Positions 47,037-56,769 of a stretch of DNA of 64,000 bases are shown in pieces. Origin of the DNA: Candidatus Saccharimonadales bacterium (lineage in GTDB: Bacteria; Patescibacteriota; Saccharimonadia; Saccharimonadales; OMJO01); assembly GCA_035480035.1 (NCBI GenBank), contig DATIID010000001.1:137323-201322 (forward strand), in the 5' to 3' direction. Below the pieces are notes generated by a model that made no database searches, was not told the origin of the DNA, and worked only from the letters and a program-made list of their open reading frames with translations. Every line of letters starts with the position of its first letter. The stretch's first letter is position 1. Made by a program: the position numbers and the translations under genes.

Positions 47037-47894
47037 ATGAGGGTCGTTGAACCGGCAAATTTTAAAAGACGTCGGATTAAGTTACATGCTAAAGTCACCG
47101 CAGTCTGGCTTATCTTTGCGCTATTGATTGGACTTGGTGGCTACAGTCTCTGGCAGCTCAGCCAACCATCATCGTCGCCAAAACGACGTAATGACAAGCC
47201 GACAGTTAAAGCTGAATCGACAACTGTTCCAACACCCAAACCACCAAAGACTTTTACCGGCGAGCAATTTAAGCAACTTTATCACTCAATTACCTACCCT
47301 AATACCCAGCCGTTGGTTGGGACAAACGAAATCACTGGCAATTCCTTGGCCGACCAGCGGATTCGACAATTAGCCCAACAAGCCGGTTATAGACCAACAT
47401 CATATCCGATTAATCCAATCCTTAAAATTCCAGGTATGGAATCACCCGACAATCAGTTGCAACCACAGGCGCTCAGTGCTTGGCTTGATTTGAAAGCCAT
47501 GGCTGAGCAAGAGCTCATACCAATTAAGATTATTTCGGCCTTTCGGACAATTGACTATCAGCGTCAATTATTTCTAAGCCGCTTACTATCACCAACAGTT
47601 ACCCCTGAAACAATTGCGGCTGGTCAATCAGACCAAGCTGTCGAAGTTACATTGCATTTAACGGCAGTACCTGGCTATTCACGCCATCACACTGGTTATA
47701 CCGTCGATTTTGGTTGTGATGATGGTAGCTCAACTTTTGCTAAAAGCATTTGTTTTAGTTGGCTAAATGCCAATAATTACCTAAATGCCAAAGAGCGTGG
47801 CTGGATACCCAGCTATCCGCCTGGCGCTAATGAGCAAGGACCGGAACCTGAACCATGGGAATATGTCTGGGTGGGACGCGACAAGTTAGTCTAA
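47037..47894 (+). CDS. D-alanyl-D-alanine carboxypeptidase family (VanY / peptidase M15B), membrane-anchored
   Basis: SAFRTIDYQRQLF and PGYSRHHTGYTVDF (H..G..D metal site). Confidence 0.7.
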   Translation: MRVVEPANFKRRRIKLHAKVTAVWLIFALLIGLGGYSLWQLSQPSSSPKRRNDKPTVKAESTTVPTPKPPKTFTGEQFKQLYHSITYPNTQPLVGTNEITGNSLADQRIRQLAQQAGYRPTSYPINPILKIPGMESPDNQLQPQALSAWLDLKAMAEQELIPIKIISAFRTIDYQRQLFLSRLLSPTVTPETIAAGQSDQAVEVTLHLTAVPGYSRHHTGYTVDFGCDDGSSTFAKSICFSWLNANNYLNAKERGWIPSYPPGANEQGPEPEPWEYVWVGRDKLV

Positions 47895-47942
47895 ACTCTT
47901 AAGGTTGCGCTTTTTAATGCCCTTAGTTACAGTTGATGTACT

Positions 47943-48869
47943 ATGTCAAAACAAACTAAAAATCCAGCTGATTATATCGAGACGCTTTACATGAACGGTT
48001 TGCATGGCCGAATGTTATTTTTGCCATCATCTACTAAAAAGAAACGCGAAATACTACTGGTTTACGGTCACCACGCCAGTCTGGAACGAATGTTTGGTTT
48101 GGCCGAAGAATTTAGCAAATATGGTAACGTCACAATGCCTGACCTACCCGGCTTTGGCGGTATGCAGAGTTTTTATAAAATTAAAGAAAAACCGACTCTC
48201 GATAATCTAGCCGATTATTTGGCGGCGTTTATCAAACTGCGCTTTAAGCGAAAGCGACTGACAATTATGGGTATGTCGTTTGGTTTTTTGGTAGCTACCC
48301 GGATGTTACAAGTCTATCCTGAGCTGGTCGATAAAGTTGATCTGCTAATTAGTATTGTCGGCTTTGCCCACAAAGATGATTTTCGTTTCAAGCGCCGCAA
48401 TTATTTATTAATGCGCTATACTTCAAGTTTTTTCTCAAATTATTTACCATCTAAGTTTGTCCAGCACTTTATTATGCGAGGTCCTATTATTCGGAAAGTT
48501 TATCAACTCCAAGCTGATAGTCATAGTAAGTTAAAAGATGCTGATAAAGTCGAACAACAGCGTCGAATTGATTTCGAAATTGTGCTTTGGCAAATCAATG
48601 ATGTTCGAACTTACATGGACACCACAATTACGATGTTCACGATTGACTTGTGCAAATCCCAAGTTGACTTGCCGCTACACCACATTGAGGTCAAACATGA
48701 TCGGTATTTAAACAACCGAATCGTCGAGCAGCATTTAAAGGTTATTTATAGCCAAGTTGATATTATCAAGACCTCGCTCGAGGCTCACGCTCCAACGGTT
48801 ATCGCTGACGCCAAAGATGCTGCACCTTTTGTACCAACCAAACTACGGCGATTATTAGCTAAGTCCTAA
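47943..48869 (+). CDS. alpha/beta hydrolase
   Basis: LLVYGHHAS oxyanion region and GMSFG nucleophile elbow. Confidence 0.55.
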   Translation: MSKQTKNPADYIETLYMNGLHGRMLFLPSSTKKKREILLVYGHHASLERMFGLAEEFSKYGNVTMPDLPGFGGMQSFYKIKEKPTLDNLADYLAAFIKLRFKRKRLTIMGMSFGFLVATRMLQVYPELVDKVDLLISIVGFAHKDDFRFKRRNYLLMRYTSSFFSNYLPSKFVQHFIMRGPIIRKVYQLQADSHSKLKDADKVEQQRRIDFEIVLWQINDVRTYMDTTITMFTIDLCKSQVDLPLHHIEVKHDRYLNNRIVEQHLKVIYSQVDIIKTSLEAHAPTVIADAKDAAPFVPTKLRRLLAKS

Positions 48870-48890
48870 CCTGTTATACTAAATGCAAGT

Positions 48891-49997
48891 ATGAAAATCG
48901 GTCTAGTCTGTCCGTACAATATATTTAAAGGTGGTGGTGTACAGGAATGTGTCCTGGCATTACAAAAAGAGCTGTCTAGACGTGGTCACCAGGTTCATAT
49001 TATTACACCAACGCCGCGTGACCATCCAGCCAAAGTGCCCGAATCAATAATCCTGCTTGGTACGGCCGCTAACGTTAAGTCTTTTCACACTACTGCCCAA
49101 GTGTCGGCTAGCGTTAACACTGATTTGGTTGATGCAGCGCTGGAAAAATATGATTTTGATATTTTGCATTTTCATGAACCTTGGGTACCAATTCTAAGCC
49201 GCCAAATCCTGACGCGCAGTCGTAGTAAAAATATTGCGACATTTCACGCTAAATTACCCGACACCGTGATGTCACGGACCATCGAACGGGTTATTACGCC
49301 CTACACCCGCTCAATTTTAAAATACCTCGATGGTTTAACGGCAGTATCCGATGCCGGAGCCGAATTTGTTCATAGCTTGACAGATAAACCAGTCAAAATT
49401 ATTGCTAACGGCATAGACCTAAAATATTACCATCCGGACAAATCAATTGAAGAGCATCCAAAAACCATAGTCTATGTCGGTCGCTTAGAAAAGCGTAAGG
49501 GCGTGAAGTATTTACTGAACGCTTATTGGCTATTACTTCAAACCCGACCGGACGTTCGTCTGATAATTGCTGGTGATGGCGTTGATCGTCAAAAACTAGA
49601 AGACACGGTCGCTAATTGGCCAAGCGGTCAGGTCGAATTTCTCGGTTTTGTTAGCGATAAACAAAAATTACAATTAATTCAGCAGGCCGATGTTTTCTGT
49701 TCACCGGCCCGCTATGGTGAGAGTTTTGGTATCGTGCTACTAGAAGCTATGGCTTGTGGTACGCCAACTGTTGCCGGCGACAATCCAGGCTATCAAAGTG
49801 TCTTAAAAGACGAGGGTGCGTCGTCAATTGTTAACACCAAAGACAGTGATGCTTTTGCGGCCAAACTCGATCAATTTTTGTACGATGATAAATTACGCCA
49901 AGCTTGGAGTAGCTGGGCACTCAGCTATGTTAAGCAGTTTTCTTATACTAATATCGTTGATCAATACGAATCATTATATAAACAACTGGGCAGCTAA
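48891..49997 (+). CDS. glycosyltransferase family 4 (GT-B)
   Basis: KIGLVCPY..., GRLEKRKG, and the E(x7)E region SFGIVLLEAMACGTP. Confidence 0.8.
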   Translation: MKIGLVCPYNIFKGGGVQECVLALQKELSRRGHQVHIITPTPRDHPAKVPESIILLGTAANVKSFHTTAQVSASVNTDLVDAALEKYDFDILHFHEPWVPILSRQILTRSRSKNIATFHAKLPDTVMSRTIERVITPYTRSILKYLDGLTAVSDAGAEFVHSLTDKPVKIIANGIDLKYYHPDKSIEEHPKTIVYVGRLEKRKGVKYLLNAYWLLLQTRPDVRLIIAGDGVDRQKLEDTVANWPSGQVEFLGFVSDKQKLQLIQQADVFCSPARYGESFGIVLLEAMACGTPTVAGDNPGYQSVLKDEGASSIVNTKDSDAFAAKLDQFLYDDKLRQAWSSWALSYVKQFSYTNIVDQYESLYKQLGS

Positions 49998-49999
49998 AT

Positions 50000-51163
50000 A
50001 TGAAAATCGGTTTTGTACTGGACGATAGTTTAGATAAGGCCGATGGTGTCCAGCAATATATCTTAACCTTGGGTCGCTGGTTTACGCAGCATGGCCATGA
50101 AGTTCATTATTTGGTTGGCCAAACCGCGCGTCGTGACATTAAACACGTCCATAGTTTAAGCCGTAATCTGCAGGTTCATTTTAATCAAAACCGGATGTCG
50201 ACGCCTTTGCCAGCTGACAAGAATCAAATTAAAAAATTGCTTGAACAAGAACGATTTGATGTATTGCATGTCCAGCTGCCATATAGTCCATTGATGGCTG
50301 GACGGGTTATTCGAGCGGTCAGTCCTCAAACGGCTGTGGTTGGCACCTTTCATGTCATTCCGTTTTCGAAGCTAGAGAGTCGAGCTACACGGTTGTTGCG
50401 ACTTTGGCTGTGGCGAAACATCAAGCGTTTTGACGCAGTTGTTAGTGTGTCACTGCCGGCCCAAAAGTTTGCTCGGACAAAATTTAAGGTCAAGTCGCAA
50501 ATCTTACCAAACCCAGTTCAGATCTCAGCTTTTAATGGTGGCAAACGACTTAAAAAATATAGCGACGGCAAATTAAACATTGTTTTTTTGGGACGATTAG
50601 TCGAACGTAAAGGCTGTCTGCATTTACTTAAGGCCTTACAGCTTTTGCACGATCAGAATTCATTACTCAATGTTCGGGTTATAATTTGCGGCAAAGGACC
50701 ACTTGAGCAGACTCTTAAAAACTACGTTAAAGAGCACCGCTTAGCTAAAATTGTCCAGTTTGTCGGCTTTGTTAGTGAAGATGATAAACCAGATTATTTG
50801 GCATCAGCCGACTTAGCAGTTTTCCCCAGTCTTGGCGGTGAAAGCTTTGGTATTGTTTTGATTGAGGCCATGGCCGCCAGGTCAAAGATAGTTATAGCCG
50901 GTAATAATCCTGGCTATCATTCAATCTTGCACGATCGACCAAAACAACTGGTTGATCCGACCAATACCCTTCAATTCGCTAAAACCTTAAAACAATTTTT
51001 ATATACTAATAGTCTTCGGCGTCAATCGGAAATTTGGCAAGCTAATGAAGTTAAACGTTATGATGTGGCAGTTGTCGGTGGACAGTTACTCAAACTTTAT
51101 CAAGAGTTAGTTGCAAAACGCACCAACAATTCTCATAATAAAAGCGATGTTGATCAAAAATAA
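50000..51163 (+). CDS. glycosyltransferase family 4 (GT-B)
   Basis: GRLVERKG and SFGIVLIEAMAA. Tandem with the preceding GT4. Confidence 0.8.
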   Translation: MKIGFVLDDSLDKADGVQQYILTLGRWFTQHGHEVHYLVGQTARRDIKHVHSLSRNLQVHFNQNRMSTPLPADKNQIKKLLEQERFDVLHVQLPYSPLMAGRVIRAVSPQTAVVGTFHVIPFSKLESRATRLLRLWLWRNIKRFDAVVSVSLPAQKFARTKFKVKSQILPNPVQISAFNGGKRLKKYSDGKLNIVFLGRLVERKGCLHLLKALQLLHDQNSLLNVRVIICGKGPLEQTLKNYVKEHRLAKIVQFVGFVSEDDKPDYLASADLAVFPSLGGESFGIVLIEAMAARSKIVIAGNNPGYHSILHDRPKQLVDPTNTLQFAKTLKQFLYTNSLRRQSEIWQANEVKRYDVAVVGGQLLKLYQELVAKRTNNSHNKSDVDQK

Positions 51164-52220
51164 GGTCGAAGTATTAATTTCTAACAGAACTATTGTTAGG
51201 ATACTTGGCGTAATAATCTTGGTAATGCTAGTACTTCGATTCGTGGTCAACGTTGAACATGTTTTAGAATTGATTTTTATCGCCTTCTTTTTGAGCCTAG
51301 CGCTCAATCCGGTCGTTAGTTGGATATCTAGACAACTCCACCTAAAAAGTCGAGCAGCGGCTACTGGTATCGCCTACATCGCCGTGGTTGTCCTTCTAAG
51401 TGCCTTTGTGACAGCTGTTGTCCCACCGCTGGCCAAGCAAACCGTCGATTTCGTTCGTCAAGCTCCGGCTACAATTAGTTCACTAAAAGATGAGAATACC
51501 TCAGCTGGACGGTTTGTCGTGAAGTATAAGCTACAAGATAATATTGATGGTCTTAGTCAAAGCGTTCATGATCACACCAAAAATTTTCAAGAACCAGTTA
51601 TCTCCACGGCTACCAAAGTCGGTAGTGCCATGCTTTCAATATTAACCGTCTTTGTTTTAACTTTTATGATGCTAGTGGAAGGTCCGGTGTGGCTAAGAAG
51701 ATACTGGAAATTACACCCCAAATCACGACGTGAACACGATCAGGAATTAGCGTTTCGAATGTATCGAATAGTTACCGGTTATGTCAACGGTCAAGTTATC
51801 TTATCAACTTTAGCCGCCTTGATTACGCTAGTTGCCCTACTCATTACTAGTACTATATTGCATGTTTCAATTAATGTTGTAGCGCTGGCTGGAATTGTTT
51901 TTATAACTGGCTTAATCCCGATGATTGGACACATCATAGGTGGTGTAATTGTGGTTTTTGCCTGCCTACTAGTATCCGTTCCACTAGCTATCATTATTGG
52001 TTTGTTTATATTACTTCATCAACAAATTGAAAACGTGACCTTACAACCCTATATTCAGGCTAAATATAACGAGCTAACACCACTTCTGGTTTTTATTGCT
52101 GCGCTACTAGGCATTGGTTTGGGCGGCCTCCTCGGTGCTTTTGTGGCTATTCCAGCGGCTGGTTGCGCCAAAATACTGGCCGAAGATTATGTTGCCTCGA
52201 AAGGTATTTCTCAGGAGTAA
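51147..52220 (+). CDS. AI-2E family transporter (PerM/UPF0118)
   Basis: Eight-TM pattern with C-terminal GGLLGAFVAIP. I take ATG 51147 rather than 51111. Confidence 0.7.
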   Translation: MLIKNKVEVLISNRTIVRILGVIILVMLVLRFVVNVEHVLELIFIAFFLSLALNPVVSWISRQLHLKSRAAATGIAYIAVVVLLSAFVTAVVPPLAKQTVDFVRQAPATISSLKDENTSAGRFVVKYKLQDNIDGLSQSVHDHTKNFQEPVISTATKVGSAMLSILTVFVLTFMMLVEGPVWLRRYWKLHPKSRREHDQELAFRMYRIVTGYVNGQVILSTLAALITLVALLITSTILHVSINVVALAGIVFITGLIPMIGHIIGGVIVVFACLLVSVPLAIIIGLFILLHQQIENVTLQPYIQAKYNELTPLLVFIAALLGIGLGGLLGAFVAIPAAGCAKILAEDYVASKGISQE

Positions 52221-53608
52221 ACTCTTGACCAAACAGTGCCTTGGGCAGTATCGCGTACAACGACACCTTCTTCTAATAACTCTTTTCTGAGTTTATCAGC
52301 TATTAACCAATCTTGGGTTTCGCGAGCCGTTTGACGCTTAATAATTACCTCTTTTTGCTTTTCATTTATATCGTCGTTTTGGCCAAGCTTCAATCCGAAT
52401 AAACTATCAATTAGTTTGATGGCTTTAGTAATTGATTCGGTATCAATGCCCAGCTCTTCAACCGAATCAATCATCCGATTGATGATTGCCAAGGCCGTCG
52501 GTGTTTTTAGATCATCAGATAGCTGTTCATCAATTTCTTTAAATGATTGTTCGTAAAATTTAGCTAACTCCGCAGACTTAAAAGTTTGAAAGCGTAAATC
52601 GGCCCACTGTCTAAAACTAGTCAATCGGTTCTGACTAGCCTTCAGTAATTCCCAGGAGAAGTGGACTTGACTACGGTAATGGGCCTGCAGGATTAATAGT
52701 CGAAATGCCATGGGATCAAACTTTTTACTTATAACATCTTGCAGTGTATAAAAATTACTCGCTGATTTAGCCATTTTTTTGCCTTCAATTAAAACGTGCT
52801 CGTTGTGAATAAACCATTTGGCCATGGTTGGCTGGCTAAGTAAAGCGGTGCTTTGGGCAATCTCATTTTCATGATGTGGAAAAATTAAATCAACGCCACC
52901 GGTGTGAATATCAAATGGTATTTCTAAACTAGTTTCACTCATCGCTGAGCATTCAATATGCCAACCGGGCCGACCATCTATCGAGGCGTCGCCAATCTTA
53001 AAAGACCAAGCCGGCTCACTTGGTTTTGATTTTTTCCAAAGTGCGAAGTCATGGACTGAAGCTTTGTCATACTCATCGTTTTGAATGCGCTGATTACTGG
53101 TGTTGTCGGCAGTTATTTTAAGTAATTGACCATATGTTTTGCCGGCCTTTTGATAAGCTTCTATTGAAAAATACACACCATCATCAGCCAAGTAAGCGAA
53201 ACCGCCGTTGTAAAGCCTGGTAATTAAGGCTTGCATGTCATTAATGTGATCAGTTGCCCGCTGAAAATCCAAAACCGCGGCATCATTACCAATTAAAGCC
53301 ATGTCATTTAAAAATAAATCGATATATTTATCAGTTAGCTGCCGCAAAGCCTCAAGCGGCGGTTTATCAATAGTTTGACTGCGCTTAATAGTCTTATCAT
53401 CGACGTCGGTATAATTCATCACGTGATGCACATCATAGTTATTAAACTCAAGCACCCGGTGCAGAGTATCAGCAAAAATATAAGCGCTCAAATTACCAAT
53501 ATGGGCATGTTCATAAACTGTTGGTCCACACGAATAGATACGGACCATTTGCTCATTGATGGGGTTAAATTCTTCAACTTGGTGTGTAAGGGTATTATGT
53601 AGTCGCAT
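52211..53608 (-). CDS. cysS: cysteine--tRNA ligase
   Basis: CGPTVYEHAHIGN (HIGH) and KMAKS (KMSKS). 465 aa. Confidence 0.95.
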   Translation of the reverse strand: MRLHNTLTHQVEEFNPINEQMVRIYSCGPTVYEHAHIGNLSAYIFADTLHRVLEFNNYDVHHVMNYTDVDDKTIKRSQTIDKPPLEALRQLTDKYIDLFLNDMALIGNDAAVLDFQRATDHINDMQALITRLYNGGFAYLADDGVYFSIEAYQKAGKTYGQLLKITADNTSNQRIQNDEYDKASVHDFALWKKSKPSEPAWSFKIGDASIDGRPGWHIECSAMSETSLEIPFDIHTGGVDLIFPHHENEIAQSTALLSQPTMAKWFIHNEHVLIEGKKMAKSASNFYTLQDVISKKFDPMAFRLLILQAHYRSQVHFSWELLKASQNRLTSFRQWADLRFQTFKSAELAKFYEQSFKEIDEQLSDDLKTPTALAIINRMIDSVEELGIDTESITKAIKLIDSLFGLKLGQNDDINEKQKEVIIKRQTARETQDWLIADKLRKELLEEGVVVRDTAQGTVWSRVYS

Positions 53609-54605
53609 GATCTTTATCTAGATTATCGAGGAGTGCGGATGCTAAGGCAATACACTCTTTTTTAATTTCATTAATGGTTCGGCCATCGGTTACTTTAAAA
53701 CCGCTAGCGTAAGGGTGGCCACCGCCACCAAAGTGCTCTGCTAATTTATCGGCAATAGCTTTACCATAATTAGTTTTAATCTTGGCTGTAATTCGACCAT
53801 CTCGGTAAGTTTTAAAACCAATAGCGACATCCGTATTTTCACCAAATCGCATTTCATCCAAAACTAACATCGTGGGATTGTATAACGGGCTGTACTTTTC
53901 AATTTCAGACCAAGGAATAGTTATGGTGACAATACGATTATTGTCATAAAACTCAATTCGCTGAAGTAAACGGCCTTTATAAGCTAAAAGTTCTGGGCTC
54001 TTACGCATCATATTCCGCCGCGCGTCTTCAAGTTTGGCTAAACTGACTCCACCCTCAACTAACTCAGCGATAACTTTAATACTGTGAGCAGTCGTGCCTT
54101 CACTAACTAAACCGAGGCTGTCCGACATAATCGATACCGCCAAGAATTCTTTGGCCGCAAGATTAAGTGGCCACTTAAATTTTTGAGACAGGTCATAAAT
54201 TAATTCACCAGTAGCTACGGCTGGCTTGATGTGCTTAATGTCAGCAAAATCAATTGTTGGCGGTGAGCTGTGATGATCAATCACCAGGCACGGCTTTTGT
54301 TTAAGTAGGCTTTTGTTCGGGTCGTTACTTAAACGTTCTAATAAAACTTGAGCACTAGCATCAACGACTATGCTAGTGTCGAAATCTTTAGGCAATTGAT
54401 TATCAACCCGATCCCAGCCAGATAGATAGCGCAAATATGTTGGTATATCAACGCCGCAATACAGCGATGGTTGTTTATCCATGTCGCCCAATATTTGTTC
54501 GAGCGCTAAGGCACTGGCTAAACTGTCGCCATCTGGATTGTCGGCTTGGATAATCAAAATTTTTTGGTTATCATCGATTAATTTCTGGATAGCCGCGGTA
54601 CTCAT
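53595..54605 (-). CDS. nrnA: DHH-family phosphoesterase (NrnA-like)
   Basis: DGDSLAS, VIDHH and DHHA1 GGGHPYASG. Confidence 0.8.
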   Translation of the reverse strand: MSTAAIQKLIDDNQKILIIQADNPDGDSLASALALEQILGDMDKQPSLYCGVDIPTYLRYLSGWDRVDNQLPKDFDTSIVVDASAQVLLERLSNDPNKSLLKQKPCLVIDHHSSPPTIDFADIKHIKPAVATGELIYDLSQKFKWPLNLAAKEFLAVSIMSDSLGLVSEGTTAHSIKVIAELVEGGVSLAKLEDARRNMMRKSPELLAYKGRLLQRIEFYDNNRIVTITIPWSEIEKYSPLYNPTMLVLDEMRFGENTDVAIGFKTYRDGRITAKIKTNYGKAIADKLAEHFGGGGHPYASGFKVTDGRTINEIKKECIALASALLDNLDKDHATT

Positions 54606-55207
54606 AACTTGGTTCTGCCCTCTAATGCTCGGCCTAGCGTAATCAAATCGGCATACTCTAAATCCACACCAACCGGCAAGCCGCGAGCCAAACGGCTAAT
54701 TTTAACTGGTCGCTTACCAATTTGCTGTTGGATGTATAATGCTGTCGACTCGCCCTCTACACTGGCATTGGTAGCTAAAATTATTTCTTCAACTTGGTCA
54801 TTATCAAGACGTTTAATTAATTCAGCAATATGTAATTGTTCTGGGCCAACACCGTCGATTGGCGACACCAAACCACCAAGTACGTGGTAGGTACCCTTAA
54901 ACTGTCCAGTTTTTTCAAGCGCCATAATATCAAATGGTTCAGCTACCACAGCCACTATTTGTTTATTACGACGTGGATCACTATAAAGAGCTGATACATT
55001 TTGTCCTTTTTGGATTAACGCAAAAGTGATTGGGCAATAATCGACCTTGTCATGCAATTGAGCTAAATTTTGGCTAAGCTGGTTGGCATTTGTTGGATTA
55101 GCGCGTAATAAATGATAAGCATAGCGTTCAGCCGTGCGCGGCCCAACCCCGGGCAGGTTGCCGAGTGATTCAATCAACTCTAATAAGGCCGCTGGCAGGA
55201 CTGACAC
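54602..55207 (-). CDS. recR: recombination protein RecR (zinc-finger cysteines largely absent)
   Basis: LPGVGPRTAERYAYHLL HhH, Toprim (VVAEPFDIMALEKTGQFKGTYHVLGG), and a Walker-B-like tail. The C4 region reads YCPITFALIQKGQNVSALYSDPRR. Confidence 0.9.
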   Translation of the reverse strand: MSVLPAALLELIESLGNLPGVGPRTAERYAYHLLRANPTNANQLSQNLAQLHDKVDYCPITFALIQKGQNVSALYSDPRRNKQIVAVVAEPFDIMALEKTGQFKGTYHVLGGLVSPIDGVGPEQLHIAELIKRLDNDQVEEIILATNASVEGESTALYIQQQIGKRPVKISRLARGLPVGVDLEYADLITLGRALEGRTKL

Positions 55208-55220
55208 GGTTAGTTAACTC

Positions 55221-55514
55221 CTATAAACCAAGATCACCCAAAGCACCCATCATCGGTTGCATTTTCTCAGCGGCGACCTTTTGACTTTGATGAATGGCTT
55301 CTTTTACGGCATCTTCTAGCCAACGTTCCAGTTGACCAATATCGTCAAGGTCAACATATTCCGGATCAATGTGAATTTTTTTAATCTTTTGTTCACCAGT
55401 GATTTCCACTTTTACAGCACCATCACCTTGCTCTACGGTAATTGTCATTTTCTGTAGCTCTTTCTGCAGTTTTTTGACTTTCAGTAACATTTTAGCTTGA
55501 TCAAAACGACTCAT
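55221..55514 (-). CDS. ybaB: YbaB/EbfC nucleoid-associated protein
   Basis: 97 aa with KLQKELQKM...GDGAVKVEITG pattern. Classic dnaX-ybaB-recR neighbourhood. Confidence 0.85.
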   Translation of the reverse strand: MSRFDQAKMLLKVKKLQKELQKMTITVEQGDGAVKVEITGEQKIKKIHIDPEYVDLDDIGQLERWLEDAVKEAIHQSQKVAAEKMQPMMGALGDLGL

Positions 55515-55560
55515 TCGCTCTCCTAGTTAATTTTTCCTCTTATTATTGTATCAAAAGTGG

Positions 55561-56739
55561 TTAAAAACGCTGGGAAAATTCAGACCGTGTAGTGTGGGTA
55601 TTAGGCCACGCAATGAAATAATTATTAACTTGGTAAAACACAGTTAATAATACGGCTACCGTCATTAGAGTTGCGCCAATATTGCCCGCTAAAGGATTAC
55701 GTGGAAAAACCCTGAACCAGTCATCTAACATAAAGGCTAACCCGGCGGTTATGGTCAGGTAAATAATTGGCAAAATTAAAGCCAGTCCGACTGGGCCATC
55801 TAGTGACGCTAGTACCCAGCCAATTATTAGCGCGCAAATAACTAAGCGGTTGCGGTCGAGCGATAAATTATTAACACAAGCATAAATGCCTAATACCGCC
55901 ATCGCAGTGCTGAAGATATCAAGTAATGGTAAATGAGGGATAGATAAGTGGGCTGCTAAGTCGCTTCGAATAAAGATAGTAATCGGTACATGCCAAAAAT
56001 TATTAACAAAAGTTAGGATGCTGAAATGATTGGGTAGGCCAAAAACAGCTAAGATTATGCTTGGTTCACGCACAATTCCGTAAATTAACGGTATCAAAAA
56101 CACTGTAAAAATAAGGCCACAAGTCGCGATTAACCATTTTGGCAACTTTTTAACTTCTAAAATGATGGTGCTAGCTCGCAAGGCCAAAGCCAGGATTAAT
56201 AACCAGATAAGGCCGGGGATATACAGCATTAAGGCGGCACAAATGCTAAATAAGATTAATACCAAAAAGCGACGACGTGTCCGCATTAGCCAAACACTAA
56301 TTAAGATTGGTACAATAACTAGACTTTGTAAGATATCAGTTGTACCATAGCGCCCAGTCCTAAGTAACCAGCTGGATGAAACGAATAATAGTGTGCCAAG
56401 GGTGGCAATTCGTAAGCTATACCAAAAGCGGAGTAACCAATAAAACGCAACAACAACTGCCAAGGCCATTAACGCACTGAGTCGACGATTATTTACTAAA
56501 TTGTGATGATGTAGTTTTTGGCCAATGGTCAGAATCAAATTGTAGGGCATATTAATGGGATTATTAAAAATTTCTTTATATGACCAAATTCGTTGAGATA
56601 CCGCAATTTCTGCTGGGCTAGCACCATTGGTCAATGAACCAATTCGAAACATTAACAAACTGATAGCAAATAGTAGTCCGACTCCGCCAAACAAAATCGC
56701 TCGCCAACTAGCCGTCACATAAAACCACGACCTATTCAT
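55561..56739 (-). CDS. polytopic membrane protein, hypothetical (possibly GT-C-like)
   Basis: About 11 hydrophobic segments. TGtTAAGAT -10 (56755-56747) lies 7 nt upstream of ATG 56739. Confidence 0.35.
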   Translation of the reverse strand: MNRSWFYVTASWRAILFGGVGLLFAISLLMFRIGSLTNGASPAEIAVSQRIWSYKEIFNNPINMPYNLILTIGQKLHHHNLVNNRRLSALMALAVVVAFYWLLRFWYSLRIATLGTLLFVSSSWLLRTGRYGTTDILQSLVIVPILISVWLMRTRRRFLVLILFSICAALMLYIPGLIWLLILALALRASTIILEVKKLPKWLIATCGLIFTVFLIPLIYGIVREPSIILAVFGLPNHFSILTFVNNFWHVPITIFIRSDLAAHLSIPHLPLLDIFSTAMAVLGIYACVNNLSLDRNRLVICALIIGWVLASLDGPVGLALILPIIYLTITAGLAFMLDDWFRVFPRNPLAGNIGATLMTVAVLLTVFYQVNNYFIAWPNTHTTRSEFSQRF

Positions 56740-56769
56740 TAGTTTAATCTTAACATAACCATAATTTTA

